Assembly: GCF_001194135.2 (NCBI RefSeq)
Contig: NC_068995.1
Span: 7,821,004-7,861,420, forward strand
Source: Octopus bimaculoides
Lineage: Eukaryota
Length of the DNA: 40,417 nucleotides
Direction of reading: 5' to 3'
Made by a program: the position numbers and the translations under genes. The notes below the pieces were generated by a model that saw only the letters and a program-made list of their open reading frames with translations, was not told where the DNA came from and did no database searches. Positions 12,767 through 25,335 of this stretch are shown in pieces (position 1 is the first letter of the stretch; each line of letters starts with the position of its first letter).

Positions 12767-13579
12767 ATAATGTTGATTGTTATTGTTTATGAACACAGTG
12801 ACGCTTGGTGAACCAACTAACAAATAGAATTTTGCATTCTATGAATATGAATCAAAATGACAAATTCGATATGAGAAAAGTAGGTGACGATGATAAAACT
12901 ACAAGAAAAGCCTTTTAATATTAAAATCACACAGTTATGTCACATAAACAAGAAAAAAAGTGATAGAAATTTAGAAAAATTGTATCAACAAATTGAACAT
13001 AAAACTAAAATATATCAAAGTTAGAAAATAAAAAAACAATTATAAGGGAGATTATTATATGAAAAGTCGGTTGTGAAATGATTAGTAATGTAAAAGATCA
13101 CTAAGGATTAACGGAAATATATGTAAGAGGTGATTGACAAGTCCCTTTTTGTTAAATAAATAATTTGCATGATCGCAATGTTGTTTTTTCATGGTTATTT
13201 GCCAAATTTTGTGAGTTTGTGTATTCTGAAAACGCTTGTGACTTTGATGAAGAAAATTATATTTGTGGAAGAGTCGAGGTGACATGGTAAGAAATCAGAT
13301 AGATTATATACAGATAGTACAACAATTTAGAGACGGTAAAAATTGGATATTAGCCCCTGAAGATAATATCAATTCTGAATATGATCCAATGGTAATTAAA
13401 TTACAAATCATAGTTAAGAAAGTGAAAAGAGCTAAAGGACTTGAGCAAAAATACACAAACGTAGGGAAACAAGCAGAATACAAAGAGAAGTCTTATGTGG
13501 AAATACAACACAAGTATGAATGTTTACAGAAGGATGAAGTAACACTATGAGAGAAATAATGAAGAGCAAACAGAAAATG

Positions 13580-13601
13580 TAACCCTAACCCTAACCCTAA
13601 C
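13580..13601. repeat. Short (TAACCC)n telomere-type repeat inside the LINE
   Basis: taaccctaaccctaaccctaac read directly. Confidence 0.9.
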
Positions 13602-14342
13602 TGCTCTGAAAATGGAAAAAGAAAAAAGAGAAAATATGGATGACTAACGAAATTCTATGTAAGTAGAAGAAATAGAAGAAAGAAAGACGTTCAAGAATAG
13701 AGACGAGGATAGCTATTACACTATAAACAAAGATATAGTTTCTGGTTGTGGAGAAAACAAACACCAAATAGCTGGGTGTCATATGCAGTATTGTTGAAAC
13801 AAATAATAACCAGCGTCAATCTGAAGGAATATGTGGTAAAATAAATGAGATCAGTAACACCAAATACATGAGTAAACAGCGTGCTAATGCACAGGATGAA
13901 ACCAGTTAGGGTGGATACATAGACGTTATGAAAACCGGACAGGTTATGCCCCATTTTAGAGTAAACAACCGAAAGAAAAAAAATCGTAAAAGAAATAGAA
14001 AGGGCAAAAACGTTAATGGAAGAGAGAAAGGCAACTGGGGAAGATGAAATAACAACAGACACATTAAAGGCATTACATAAACAATGTAGAACAAATAATG
14101 GACTCCTGTAATGTAATATACAAGATTAGATAAAATATCATCTGTGATAAAACGATTTACCTTTGTTCCATTACTAATGAAACAAACCACACAAGACACA
14201 AAGAACTTAGAGCTATTAATCTAATGCGTCATGTGACAAAGATAAATGCTAAAAAACAATCCTCCAACAATTAATTATGCAACAACAGTAAATGGAAAAA
14301 TTAAGGAAGTGCGAAATGATTTCAGACTTTGAATGGAAAATA

Positions 14343-14505
14343 TTGGTTTCAAATCAAGACATAAGGCTTACGTATTTTATCGACCCTTGAAAGAATGAAA
14401 GGCAACGTCGATCCCGGTTGCATTTGAACTTGTATGTAAGGACAGACGAAATGCCGATAAATATTTTGTTAGGCGCACTAACGGTTCTCCAAGATCGCCG
14501 ACGTT
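14343..14505 (-). mobile_element. SINE family A, diverged copy
   Basis: ttttatcgacccttgaaagaatgaaaggcaacgtcgatcccgg...ggcgcactaacggttctcc. Confidence 0.85.
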
Positions 14506-14519
14506 TGAGTGAAAAATAT

Positions 14520-14733
14520 TAATTTCAAATTTTGGCGCAAGGCCAGCAATTTTAAGGGAGGGTTAAGTCGATTACATCGACCCCCAGTAGTATACTGGTT
14601 GCTATTTTATCGACCCCGAAAGGATAAAAAAAAGTCGACCTCGGTTGAATTTGAACTCAGAACGTAAAAAAGCAGACGATTTGCTTAACAGCATTTCGCC
14701 CGGTGTGCTAACGATTTCGCCAGGTCGCCGCGT
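14520..14733 (-). mobile_element. SINE family A, full length
   Basis: aagtcgattacatcgacccccagt...gtcgacctcggttgaatttgaactcagaacg...cccggtgtgctaacgatttcgccaggtcgcc. Confidence 0.92.
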
Positions 14734-15401
14734 TATAAATGGAAAATATAAAAAGAAAATGTATTCAAGGAAGTATACGTGACAGAGCTCTAGACATAAA
14801 GCAATATGTTTACAAATACTTTATCAAATATACGAAGGTATTTGACAGAGTAAATCAATTCGAGTTGACTGAATATCTCTAGTAACATGGCTTATATGAA
14901 AAAGATGATGGAAGTAAACATATAAGTGCTTCAGAGTTTAAAATTAAGAATCGAGTCAGGCAAGGATGTATGCTATCCGCAATCGTATTTAATGCATACA
15001 TTGAGACTATCAGAGAAGTAGAATCACTGGCGGCAAATATGGACTTCAACAGCCATTGATATGCAGACGATACCCCTTATTTAGTTTCAACAGCTGTAGT
15101 TTGTGTAGTTCAGCTGTAGTTCACCAGCTGTAGTTTGTGACTAAGGCAAAAGGCAATGAAATAGTTTAGAGAATGAGAATGAATATAAAGAAGAAACATT
15201 CAACGGTAGTCAGTAAGAAACATCAGTGACAAAATATATTATATTTACGGTGAAAGCCAAGCGAATAAACTTGACTGTTCCAAGATATTATAACTGGAAC
15301 TGAAACAATAAATATACTGGAAATACGAATAAGAGATCATGAAAAAAATTGAAACGGCTAGAAATTCATTTAAAAAGAAATATTGGCAGAATGCTTTTCA
15401 G

Positions 15402-15920
15402 AGTAGGCGTGGCTGCGTGGTAAGAAGCGAGCTTTCCAACCACATGATTCAGCGTACCTTCTGTTATAGCCTCGAACAGATCAAAGTCTTCTGAGTGGAT
15501 TTGGTAGACGAAAACCGAAAGAAGCCTGTCATATATATATATATAAAACCATATAACGCAAGTCTTCTGTAGTTTTTTTTACTCTATTTTGTCTTTTATG
15601 TACGTATATATATATATATATATATNNNNNNNNNNNNNNNNNNNNNNNNNNNNNNNNNNNNNNNNNNNNNNNNNNNNNNNNNNNNNNNNNNNNNNNNNNN
15701 NNNNNNNNNNNNNNNNNNNNNNTGTGTGTGTGTGTGTGTGTGTGTGTGTCTGTCTTTGCGTTTATCGTGGAACTACTTGATAAATAGTACAGGTTTGTTT
15801 ACATCATTTTAATTTATGTGTTCAGCAAAAGAAACCAATAGAATCCGTACCACGCTTAAAAAGTATAAATACTTGAGTCGGTTCGTTCGATCCTAAACTC
15901 TTCAAGACTGTACCCTTGCA
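15402..15920 (+). mobile_element. SINE family B, diverged; head, microsatellite/gap and tail
   Basis: ggcgtggctgcgtggtaagaag head; gtggatttggtagacgaaaaccgaaagaagcc; diverged tail at 15750-15920. Confidence 0.7.
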
Positions 15921-16452
15921 TGACACTTTAGTATCACAAGAAACCTTAGTATAAAGGAACCTTAGTATCACAATCATAAAAGGTGTTTAAGTGATTTGTT
16001 ATGTTTCCACCTTTATGGAATTGGAAAAGAGGCAGTAATAAAAGTACTCTCATAAGCACTTCAGGATTTTCAGATGTGGGCGTATTCAAGACCTTTCTGA
16101 ATATTGTGGAGAGAAAAATAAAACATAAAATCCAATAGAGATGTAATTAAAATGCCACAAACTAAGAAAATGTTATTAGACTTCATTTAAGAGATAAAAC
16201 GAAAATATTCCAGGCACTTAATTACAGGGAATAGTATTCAGAGACTGCTAATCAATGAGAGATGAGGAATAAGTTAACAAAATTATTTGAATTAGTGATG
16301 TTAAGGAGAGAGTAACATTTTAAAATACTGTGATTATTAAAGGACAGTTCAACAGAGATTGAGATGACGATGTTTGTTGGTCAAATTATAGACGTTGGAT
16401 GCATATATTTTCCATGGTCCAATTCACTTATCTGTTCCTAATAATATATTTC

Positions 16453-16630
16453 TAATTTTGGCACAAGGCCAGCAATTTCGAGATGTCAGTTTCATCGACT
16501 TCATTATTCGACTGGTATGTATTTCAAGTTGACATCTACGGCATTTGAACTCATAACATAAAGAGTTGTAATAGTGCCGCTAAGCATTTTGTTCAAGGTA
16601 GTAACAATTCTGCTGATTCAACGCCACACC
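16453..16630 (-). mobile_element. SINE family A, diverged copy
   Basis: aattttggcacaaggccagcaatttcg...gcatttgaactcataac...gccgctaagcattt. Confidence 0.8.
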
Positions 16631-16917
16631 GTTGCCAATAATATATAGCGAACATAAGAATTCCATTTAGTTACATGTTCAGTTAGAAATAGCAGCCAAA
16701 GTTTCTCTGCACTCAGACTATTATTTTCGTGTAGAAAATTTCTGAGGATATAGTGGCACTGAATAAATCTTCGGGAAAACCACTGCACCTTCTGTGCTGG
16801 ATCAATTTTAACTCTAGAAATTGGTGTCCTTCATAACTAACTCGAGGCTACACAAAACTCGTTGACGACTCCAACATGTAATATTGTTCTTGTTGCTTTT
16901 CTTTTGTCATCTTGAAA

Positions 16918-17010
16918 CAGTAGTTCTCAAACGGGGCCCCTATGAACCTTGGGTGTCCATTTAAGATTCTGTTGTTAACATTGATATCCAATAAAATGGA
17001 TACACTTCTA
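16918..17010 (+). mobile_element. Possible hAT-type DNA transposon end fragment
   Basis: Starts cagtagttctcaaac, similar to the CAGTGGTTCTCAA terminus of hAT/Charlie-like elements; the other end was not found. Confidence 0.4.
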
Positions 17011-17049
17011 CAGTGGATTTGGTAGACGGAAACTGAAAGAAGCCCGTAG

Positions 17050-17136
<87 letters not shown>

Positions 17137-17360
17137 GTCTGTGTGTCTGTGTTTGTGTGTTTGTGTGTCTGTGTTTGTTCCCCCAACATCGTTTGACAAC
17201 CGATGCTGGTGTGTTTACGTCCCCGTAACTTAGCGGTTCGGCAAAATAGGCCGATAGAATAAGTACAAGGCTTACAAAGAATAAGTTCTAGGAACGATTT
17301 GCTCGACTAAAGGCGGTGCTCCAGCATGGCCACAGTCAAATGACCGAAATAAGTAAAACA
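17011..17360 (+). mobile_element. SINE family B, 5'-truncated, with internal (TA)n(TG)n
   Basis: Aligns by eye to 22768-23090 on both sides of the microsatellite. Confidence 0.92.
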
Positions 17361-17885
17361 GTAGATATAGAATTCCGAATAACATTTAATCATAAAAATA
17401 TAATAGTTTCTAGACATCGAGTGAATATGAAACGCCTCCCACGAGTAAAATAGGAACCAAACGGCTCCTAGATAAAAGATAGTTGAGAAACATTGCGTTA
17501 AACTGATTCATCGAACCATTGACAAAACTAACCGAAGAAGCAGAAGAAAAAAAATCAAGCCAAACACTCCAGTCGTGACAAGCTCATCATGTTACCAGCA
17601 ATTAGCGCAGCTAGGCCTACATTTTATTCAATCTGTTCTTCCTATTCCTAACAGGCTGTAGGTCTGCATAGAAGCCTCATCAATGTTTTCAATAATAAAT
17701 TGTGCTTTGGTCAGATAAAAGAGATCAGAATGTATTCTAAATGTTAATTACAAGGAATCACTACTTTTATCTTCGCCACGATTTTTGGATCAGAGACTAA
17801 TAAAACAACAACAACAAAGACCACAACAACAACCACAACATCATAATGTAATACTTTTCTTTTACTATTAACACAATTATATCTG

Positions 17886-17888
<3 letters not shown>

Positions 17889-17961
<73 letters not shown>

Positions 17962-17969
17962 GAGAGAGA
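17889..17969. repeat. (AG)n microsatellite
   Basis: Read directly. Confidence 0.98.
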
Positions 17970-18050
17970 AAGCAACAAAATAAGCAAAGAAAATAATGGG
18001 AGGTCATCGAACTGGTTTACATCAGGGGATTACGACTTATAATTGTCAAT

Positions 18051-18185
18051 TAGGCGAAGAAAAAGCCGAATAGTTATTCGTAGGACAAAATGATTTGCAG
18101 TATTAGTTCCTGTTCATTGTGCACTGTGTTCAAATCCTGCAGAAGTCAACTTTGCTTGTCGTTCTCTCATGGGTTGATTAAATAA
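18051..18185 (+). mobile_element. SINE family A, highly diverged fragment
   Basis: gttcaaatcctgcagaagtcaactttgc resembles the family A B-box region. Confidence 0.55.
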
Positions 18186-18448
18186 CAGTGTAACACGATT
18201 TTTTGACGTTCGTAAACAACTGTTATTTTCTATTTGTTTACCCCTGGAAAGTAAGAAAAATGGCTAATATTTCCTTCAAAATTTGCTGTTGTTACATTTA
18301 TTCGAACCTCAAAGAATCCCACTCGACACATGGCTATGATGCTCCCCCACTACTCCTCGTGTTTATCGATGTACATATTATCAGCCACATACATAAAACA
18401 AAACATACAAATATGCCCGTATTCATATATACATACATGCAAAAATAC

Positions 18449-18540
18449 CTTGTTGTTGATGTTGAAATTCCAATGAAGCGGCCTTAGATCAAGGTTAGAT
18501 ACCGGTTCATTCTCTGGTGGCAAGAAATGATGAAATAAAG
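18449..18540 (-). CDS. Candidate exon (92 nt, phase 1 to 0): LFHHFLPPENEPVSNLDLRPLHWNFNINNK
   Basis: Acceptor tatgtcattatccag| and donor aacaag|gtattt; protein-like open frame; no homology recognised. Confidence 0.3.
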
Positions 18541-20049
18541 CTGGATAATGACATAAATACATACATATAATTTGGGGTTTTATGGAGTTGAAAACGCAAT
18601 TTTTACATTAAAGAAAATCAGAAACAAAAAAACGAATGTAAAAGAAATAATCGTTAAAACAAAAATTTCTGCGAGCTGAGATGAATCAGCAAATATTAAA
18701 ACTATAAGCTTCACATTTTCATGAGTTGAAAGAAGTTTTGATAGAGAGACAGAGGCCAAAGTAGCGGATATAATTAACAGTAGCGATGGCAATTCTAAAA
18801 AATAACGAAGAATGATGATCGAGTAGGAGAAGAACACATTTAAATGATCAACAGGGACTTTGAAAATTTTGAAATTTATCCACAGCCTCCATCGTTTTTC
18901 AATTTGATAGCAATTATGTGGTTTGTTTGCTTTGACAGCTTTTTGCAGCAGAAGGCGTGTATCACCTTCCTCATTGCTTAGTTATGATCGTTTTCATTTC
19001 CTCATCTTACTTGCATTTTGTTTCCCTCATCTCTTCCTCATTTATTATTCATTTCTTTCTTTCCTCAACCTCTCGTCTTCTACTCTATTTTTATTTCCTC
19101 TTTTTTCTTCACTTCCCTCGAGATGTTGAGTATTAGCAGGAAAAAATTCATAAACCGCTCACTACCAAAGTGAATGATTTGAAAGGAATTAGGATGCTAC
19201 ACCCTATGCCTAGCTGTTTAAGTGAACATGTAAAACCTCCCTTATAGGGTCGGTCTCCTGCATTGTATTTACTGCTTGTCATGTGCTGCTACGGTTAATG
19301 AAAGAAAACAGCGTCTTTTTTCCCTACTCATCTCTGACTGCTCCTTTCATCATTAGCGATAGATTACAAACGATTTCAGGTATTATTGTAGCTCGAAGTC
19401 ATGTAATGTACTCTGTATTCCTTTCAGTTATTGACCTGTGGCCAAGCTTGGCCACCACCTGAAGAGTTTTGCTTCCCAAATCGATTCCACTGCTATAAAC
19501 GTCGCATTTATTCTGCTTGTGTCTTTTCTTGGACCGAGTAAGAAACACAAACACTACATTCCATGTATATATATATGTATATATAATTTAGAGAAAAGAA
19601 ACAATAATATCCCTAATATTATTATATATATATATAAACTTCGAAGTCAGTGTCGCTCTTCTTGTAAAATTTTAAGAAATACGTACTCTACAAACAAGTA
19701 TTGAGTAATTATTCAGTTTAACATTAAATAGCATTTTAACTTACTTTACATTGAAACAAGCATTAGTGCATTCACATGCATACATACATACATACATACA
19801 TACATACATACATACAAGACCGTCAAAACTGTCACTATTGCATTTCATCCTTTTGAAAGTTCAAAAGTGTGTCAATCCTCGCCAGCAAAATGGCGAAAGT
19901 GTTAGAGTGTCCGACGAGATGCCTCACAGGATGTCCTCTAGTCCTGAGCAGCATGAGTTCAAAGCCGTACTATCTCTGAAAAATAAAAGAAACAACAAAC
20001 CTTGATGACCTGTTTGTAAAACATGCATAAGGCTAGTAGTGCTGTGCTG

Positions 20050-20230
20050 GAAGTATTAGTCGAATAATTCAGTTCCAATACCTGACTGGAACGTTTCTTT
20101 ATCGACTCCCAAAGTATAGCGGTACAGTTGACTTGGGCAGTATTTGAACACAGAACGTATGGAGCTGGAATATATACTACAATTCAGTTTGTCGAACGCT
20201 CTGATGATCCTGCTAAATTATCACCCTTAC
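20050..20230 (-). mobile_element. SINE family A, highly diverged
   Basis: tttatcgactcccaaag...gttgacttgggcagtatttgaacacagaacgta. Confidence 0.65.
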
Positions 20231-20284
20231 CTCTATCAAGAAGCAAGCATAATTGCAATGTGCATCATTAAAGCAAGAACTGTC

Positions 20285-20520
20285 TCGTTCCCTTGACCTC
20301 AAAGGGACGGTTCTCCGGTTTGTTTGTCGTGTATGTGACTGATATCAAGGCAGCCTCACCTGAAGGAGAAGCCAGTTCGTTACAGGGTTACTAATTTACA
20401 GGGGAGTGGACTGCAGCAACAAGAAACAATGTATTTTGCCCGAGAACACAATGCCGTCAGATCTGTAAATTGAACCCATGATCTTGTGTTTGTGTGTGCA
20501 GCACTCACCGTTAGATAACG
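20285..20520 (-). mobile_element. SINE family C, diverged
   Basis: gagtggactgcagcaacaagaaacaatgtattttgcccgagaacac resembles 33460-33505. Confidence 0.6.
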
Positions 20521-21360
20521 CATGTTCACATACTTCATTATAGTACATACTATAGACTAAGAAATGCAGTATTTGAATTAAAGTGTCTTAGGTATGGAGA
20601 GAGAGATCCGCCACAGTCATGAGATTCTGATATTAAGCAGACAATTACAATAAATATTCTTTCACAATATGTAATATCATATGGATAGATATTTTTTAAA
20701 AAAGCATTAACATTAAAGACAAAAAGAAACATGAATTATTTATATAATTTTAGTTTTTCCTGTGATATTATTGCATCGTCTAATTAGTGTTACAGTGTTC
20801 TTCACGCTAATTCTTGGAATATATGTTACATTCATTCGGATTAAAGCACAGATATTTAAACACGAATCTTTCGGGAATTACAATAACATGCTAACAAACC
20901 GGAGAAAATATAACAACAATAAAACATCTAAATATATTATATAAAAGAAACGATCGTTAAAAACATCAAGTAAACATCGATAAAAAACGTTATTTAAAAC
21001 CAGAAATATCCATATATAATGTAATACACGGATATTGAGTTGCGTGAAGACTAATAAATTACGTGACGCAAATGTTGAAACAATTGTCTCCAGATATGTG
21101 GGAATGTATCTTGATTTAATGTTTTTCTTTCTTTTCTTTCAACGTTCGTATTAAGTCGTTGTTTTTTCTGTGTTATTTTATTTTAATTTATATTATTATT
21201 TCTTTCTAGTTTAAATATGATACTGAACAGAATAATTCCTGATCACGAATCTGTGTTTTGAAGAATTTTGAAGGTAATATTTTGCGTGATATAAACTGAT
21301 TACGTTAAAATCAACCTAGATCTCATTAAGCGCAAGAACAACCACAACAATAATATGCAT

Positions 21361-21365
21361 ATTAC

Positions 21366-21454
<89 letters not shown>

Positions 21455-21480
21455 TCATAATGATAATAATAATAATAATA
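21361..21480. repeat. Compound (TTA)n-(GTA)n-(ATA)n microsatellite
   Basis: Read directly. Confidence 0.97.
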
Positions 21481-21686
21481 GAGACAATTTAGGTGTAGTA
21501 TCAAATGAAGAGGAGATATTAAATTAGTAAAAGTATGGAGTTAATTCCGATGAAATGTAGAAGAGATGTTGAATTTGCTTGGATGTTGTCGAAACAACAT
21601 AACTCTGCCCGGACCGAAAAAATAAAAGACGTATCAGTAATCCATAATCAGAGCACTACTTTCTGTTGGTTTTTGTCAGCGTCACA

Positions 21687-21735
<49 letters not shown>

Positions 21736-22579
21736 NNNNNNNNNNNNNNNNNNNNNNNNNNNNNNNNNNNNNNNNNNNNNNNNNNNNNNNNNNNNNNNNN
21801 NNNNNNNNNNNNNNNNNNNNNNNNNNNNNNNNNNNNNNNNNNNNNNNNNNNNNNNNNNNNNNNNNNNNNNNNNNNNNNNNNNNNNNNNNNNNNNNNNNNN
21901 NNNNNNNNNNNNNNNNNNNNNNNNNNNNNNNNNNNNNNNNNNNNNNNNNNNNNNNNNNNNNNNNNNNNNNNNNNNNNNNNNNNNNNNNNNNNNNNNNNNN
22001 NNNNNNNNNNNNNNNNNNNNNNNNNNNNNNNNNNNNNNNNNNNNNNNNNNNNNNNNNNNNNNNNNNNNNNNNNNNNNNNNNNNNNNNNNNNNNNNNNNNN
22101 NNNNNNNNNNNNNNNNNNNNNNNNNNNNNNNNNNNNNNNNNNNNNNNNNNNNNNNNNNNNNNNNNNNNNNNNNNNNNNNNNNNNNNNNNNNNNNNNNNNN
22201 NNNNNNNNNNNNNNNNNNNNNNNNNNNNNNNNNNNNNNNNNNNNNNNNNNNNNNNNNNNNNNNNNNNNNNNNNNNNNNNNNNNNNNNNNNNNNNNNNNNN
22301 NNNNNNNNNNNNNNNNNNNNNNNNNNNNNNNNNNNNNNNNNNNNNNNNNNNNNNNNNNNNNNNNNNNNNNNNNNNNNNNNNNNNNNNNNNNNNNNNNNNN
22401 NNNNNNNNNNNNNNNNNNNNNNNNNNNNNNNNNNNNNNNNNNNNNNNNNNNNNNNNNNNNNNNNNNNNNNNNNNNNNNNNNNNNNNNNNNNNNNNNNNNN
22501 NNNNNNNNNNNNNNNNNNNNNNNNNNNNNNNNNNNNNNNNNNNNNNNNNNNNNNNNNNNNNNNNNNNNNNNNNNNNNNN

Positions 22580-22624
<45 letters not shown>

Positions 22625-22667
22625 TGTGTGTGTGTGTATGTGTGTGTGTGTGTGAGTGTGTGTGGCA

Positions 22668-22835
22668 CAGGAGTGAGTGTGTGGTAAGTAGCTTGCTTAC
22701 CAACCACATTGTTCCGGGTTCACTCTCACTGCGTAACACCTTGGGCCTAGGGCCGACCAGAGCCTTGTCAGTGGATTTGGTAGACGGAAACTGAAAGAAG
22801 CCCGTGATATATATGTGTGTATATATATATATTTT

Positions 22836-22874
<39 letters not shown>

Positions 22875-23090
22875 GTGTGTATATGTTTGTTTTTGTCTGT
22901 GTTTGCCCCCCCCCAACATCGCTTGACAACCGATGGTGATGTGTTTGCGTCCCCGTAACTTAGCAGTTCGGCAAAATATACCGATAGAATAAGTACTAGG
23001 CTTACAAAGTATAAGTTCTGGGGTCGATTTGCTTGACTAAAGGTGGTGCTCCAGCATGGTCACAGTCAAATGACTGAAACAAGTAAAGGA
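22668..23090 (+). mobile_element. SINE family B, most complete copy: tRNA-like head, internal (TA)n(TG)n, conserved tail
   Basis: A-box-like tgtggtaagtagc, B-box-like gggttcactc, gtggatttggtagacggaaactgaaagaagcc, then microsatellite, then ccccaacatcgcttgacaaccgat...ggtgctccagcatgg. Confidence 0.92.
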
Positions 23091-23532
23091 GTAAAGAGTA
23101 AAGAGTATATGTATGTATGNNNNNNNNNNNNNNNNNNNNNNNNNNNNNNNNNNNNNNNNNNNNNNNNNNNNNNNNNNNNNNNNNNNNNNNNNNNNNNNNN
23201 NNNNNNNNNNNNNNNNNNNNNNNNNNNNNNNNNNNNNNNNNNNNNNNNNNNNNNNNNNNNNNNNNNNNNNNNNNNNNNNNNNNNNNNNNNNNNNNNNNNN
23301 NNNNNNNNNNNNNNNNNNNNNNNNNNNNNNNNNNNNNNNNNNNNNNNNNNNNNNNNNNNNNNNNNNNNNNNNNNNNNNNNNNNNNNNNNNNNNNNNNNNN
23401 NNNNNNNNNNNNNNNNNNNNNNNNNNNNNNNNNNNNNNNNNNNNNNNNNNNNNNNNNNNNNNNNNNNNNNNNNNNNNNNGGGAGAGGGGGGAGATAGAGA
23501 GAGAGAGAGGAGAGAGAAATCAACATAGTACA

Positions 23533-23534
23533 TT

Positions 23535-23598
<64 letters not shown>

Positions 23599-23614
23599 AA
23601 GTTGTAGTAGTAGT
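23533..23614. repeat. (TAG)n microsatellite
   Basis: Read directly. Confidence 0.97.
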
Positions 23615-23918
23615 AAGCTCTTAGATTCTATTACGAGTTCTGCTTGGTGGCATCTCACCTACTGAATTTCTAGCTGTTTCCTTATCAGCGGTTCCAAGAG
23701 GGCCGAACGCCGCTTAAGAAATAGTTCATGTTATTAGTTATTTACGTGACATTACATCGTCGCAGCAAAAATATGGAGAAAGAGTGAGACCTCAGCTATG
23801 AGTAAGATTATTTATCCAGAACCTAGTCTCATAAACAATTTAACCATGTCTATAATCTACACACGCACTCACTTGTGTGTGTGTGTGTGTTTGTGCTCAC
23901 CACCAAATAAAATAGTGG

Positions 23919-24098
23919 ATCCAATTTTTTTTTGCACGAGGTTAGAAATTTCGAGAGAAAGGTAAGTCGATGATATCAATCCCTCTGCTCAGCTTGTAAT
24001 TATTTTATCGACCCTAATGAAAGACAAAAATGACTTCAGCGAAATTTGAACTCAGAACATGAAGACGGGCGAAATACTGCTAAACATTTCATCCATAC
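23919..24098 (-). mobile_element. SINE family A (first of three tandem copies)
   Basis: aggtaagtcgatgatatc...ttttatcgaccc...gaaatttgaactcagaac. Confidence 0.8.
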
Positions 24099-24293
24099 TG
24101 TTAAGGCCAAAAATTTTGTAGGAGGGAGACAAGTCGATTACTTCAATTCCAGTTTTCTGGTACTTTTTTTATCGACCACCAAAGAGATAAAAAGCAAAAA
24201 TCGACCCCACCCCAGCAGGTATTGAACTCAGAACGTAAAGACGGACGAAATACCGATGAGCAGTTTGCTCTGCGTGCTAACGATTCTGCCTGT
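24099..24293 (-). mobile_element. SINE family A (second tandem copy)
   Basis: aagtcgattac...ttgaactcagaacgtaaagacggacgaaataccg...gcgtgctaacgattctgcc. Confidence 0.85.
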
Positions 24294-24322
24294 TTTATGC
24301 TTTACGTGGCCATGTGAAAAAT

Positions 24323-24725
24323 AGTTTTGAATTTTAACACGGAGCCAGTAATTAAAATGACGGAGTAAAGTCAGGCGATCTTACTGTACCAGTTCCAAAG
24401 CTGTCACTTAAGCCACGTGTGTTTATTTACATCACATCGGCCTTTTCCGTAAAAGGGTGTTAGGGTTTGGGTTAGGGAGTTCCGTCCCTAACCCTAACCC
24501 TAATACATATGGTTTAAATGACAGATTTGGAACTGGTAACATAAGATCGCCTAAAGTCGATTACATCGCCCCCAGTGCTCGTCTGGTACATATTATAACG
24601 ATCCACTTCCCAAAGCATGAACGGCAAGTCGACCTCGGCAGAATTTGAACTCAGAAAGTAAAGACGGAAATAATGCCGCTGAGCATTTTATTCCGGCGTA
24701 GTAACGATTCTGCCAGCTCTCAGCT
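24323..24725 (-). mobile_element. SINE family A (third tandem copy), split by the 180-bp inverted-repeat element
   Basis: Removing 24373-24558 restores ggagtaaagtcgattacatcgccccc, matching e.g. 14565-14590. Confidence 0.85.
24373..24552. mobile_element. 180-bp non-autonomous element (MITE-like) with terminal inverted repeats and a 6-bp AAAGTC target-site duplication
   Basis: Terminal inverted repeats match at 37/43 nt by hand; AAAGTC at 24367-24372 and 24553-24558; internal inverted telomeric repeats at 24460-24503. Confidence 0.88.
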
Positions 24726-25335
24726 AAATAAATAATAACGAAGCAAAATGTGAAGGGTTAATGAATATCACCAATTTTATCTGATTATCTTATGGACATA
24801 TATCTCATTAGCGTCACCGAAGACTTCGCAACGTTTTGATGGTTGGCAATAGCAATTGATATTATATAATTTTCACGCTTGCTTCCTTGTTTACATAAAA
24901 GATGCAATTAGAATTTTTTTTTTTAATATTTGCTCTTTTTCTTGTTTTGTCTGTTTTTATTTGTTTTTGTCATGTATATCATTGTTTTTGACAGTGTTCG
25001 TCATTAGTTTATAACGGCAGCAGAGGTTTCGTCGCTTCCTATATCGATGGTGACAAGTAAACGATCCGTATCTACCCTTGCCGGTAGTAACAGCTGTCTT
25101 ATACTGCTGTGAACTACGGAGAGCGATGTAGTGTCAATGTTGTAAAAGATTTAAAGATTGTACCCTAGATTTGTTGCTGTCAGGTTACTATGGTAATTAG
25201 CGAATGAAAACTAGCTTCATAGGAAACGCATGTGAGAAACAGACAATTATAAATCAAGACAGAAAAGAAAACAAGAAATATAACAACAACAACAACAACA
25301 ATAATGATAATAATAATAATGATAATAATAATAAT

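Larger units (their letters stand above)
12880..15400 (+). mobile_element. Decayed RTE-clade LINE (endonuclease plus reverse transcriptase), interrupted by later insertions
   Basis: Fragments in the expected order: WKSRGDMVRNQIDYIQI (endonuclease), WMTNEIL, KATGEDEITTDTLKAL, RAINLMRHVTKI, FIKYTKVFDRV (14820), RVRQGCMLSAIVFNAYIE, YADDT (~15060). Many stops and frameshifts. Clade assigned from recalled RTE/BovB motifs. Confidence 0.87.

Noticed and set aside
15090-15140. Three copies of cagctgtagtt, and three ttagtat units near 15925-15970
   Set aside because: Short irregular slippage duplications; no spacer structure, so not CRISPR-like.
19918-19968. Strong minus-strand acceptor and donor around DSTALNSCCSGLEDI
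   Set aside because: The sequence resembles a decayed SINE (tttgaactc...ctctaacac), so it is probably not a coding exon.
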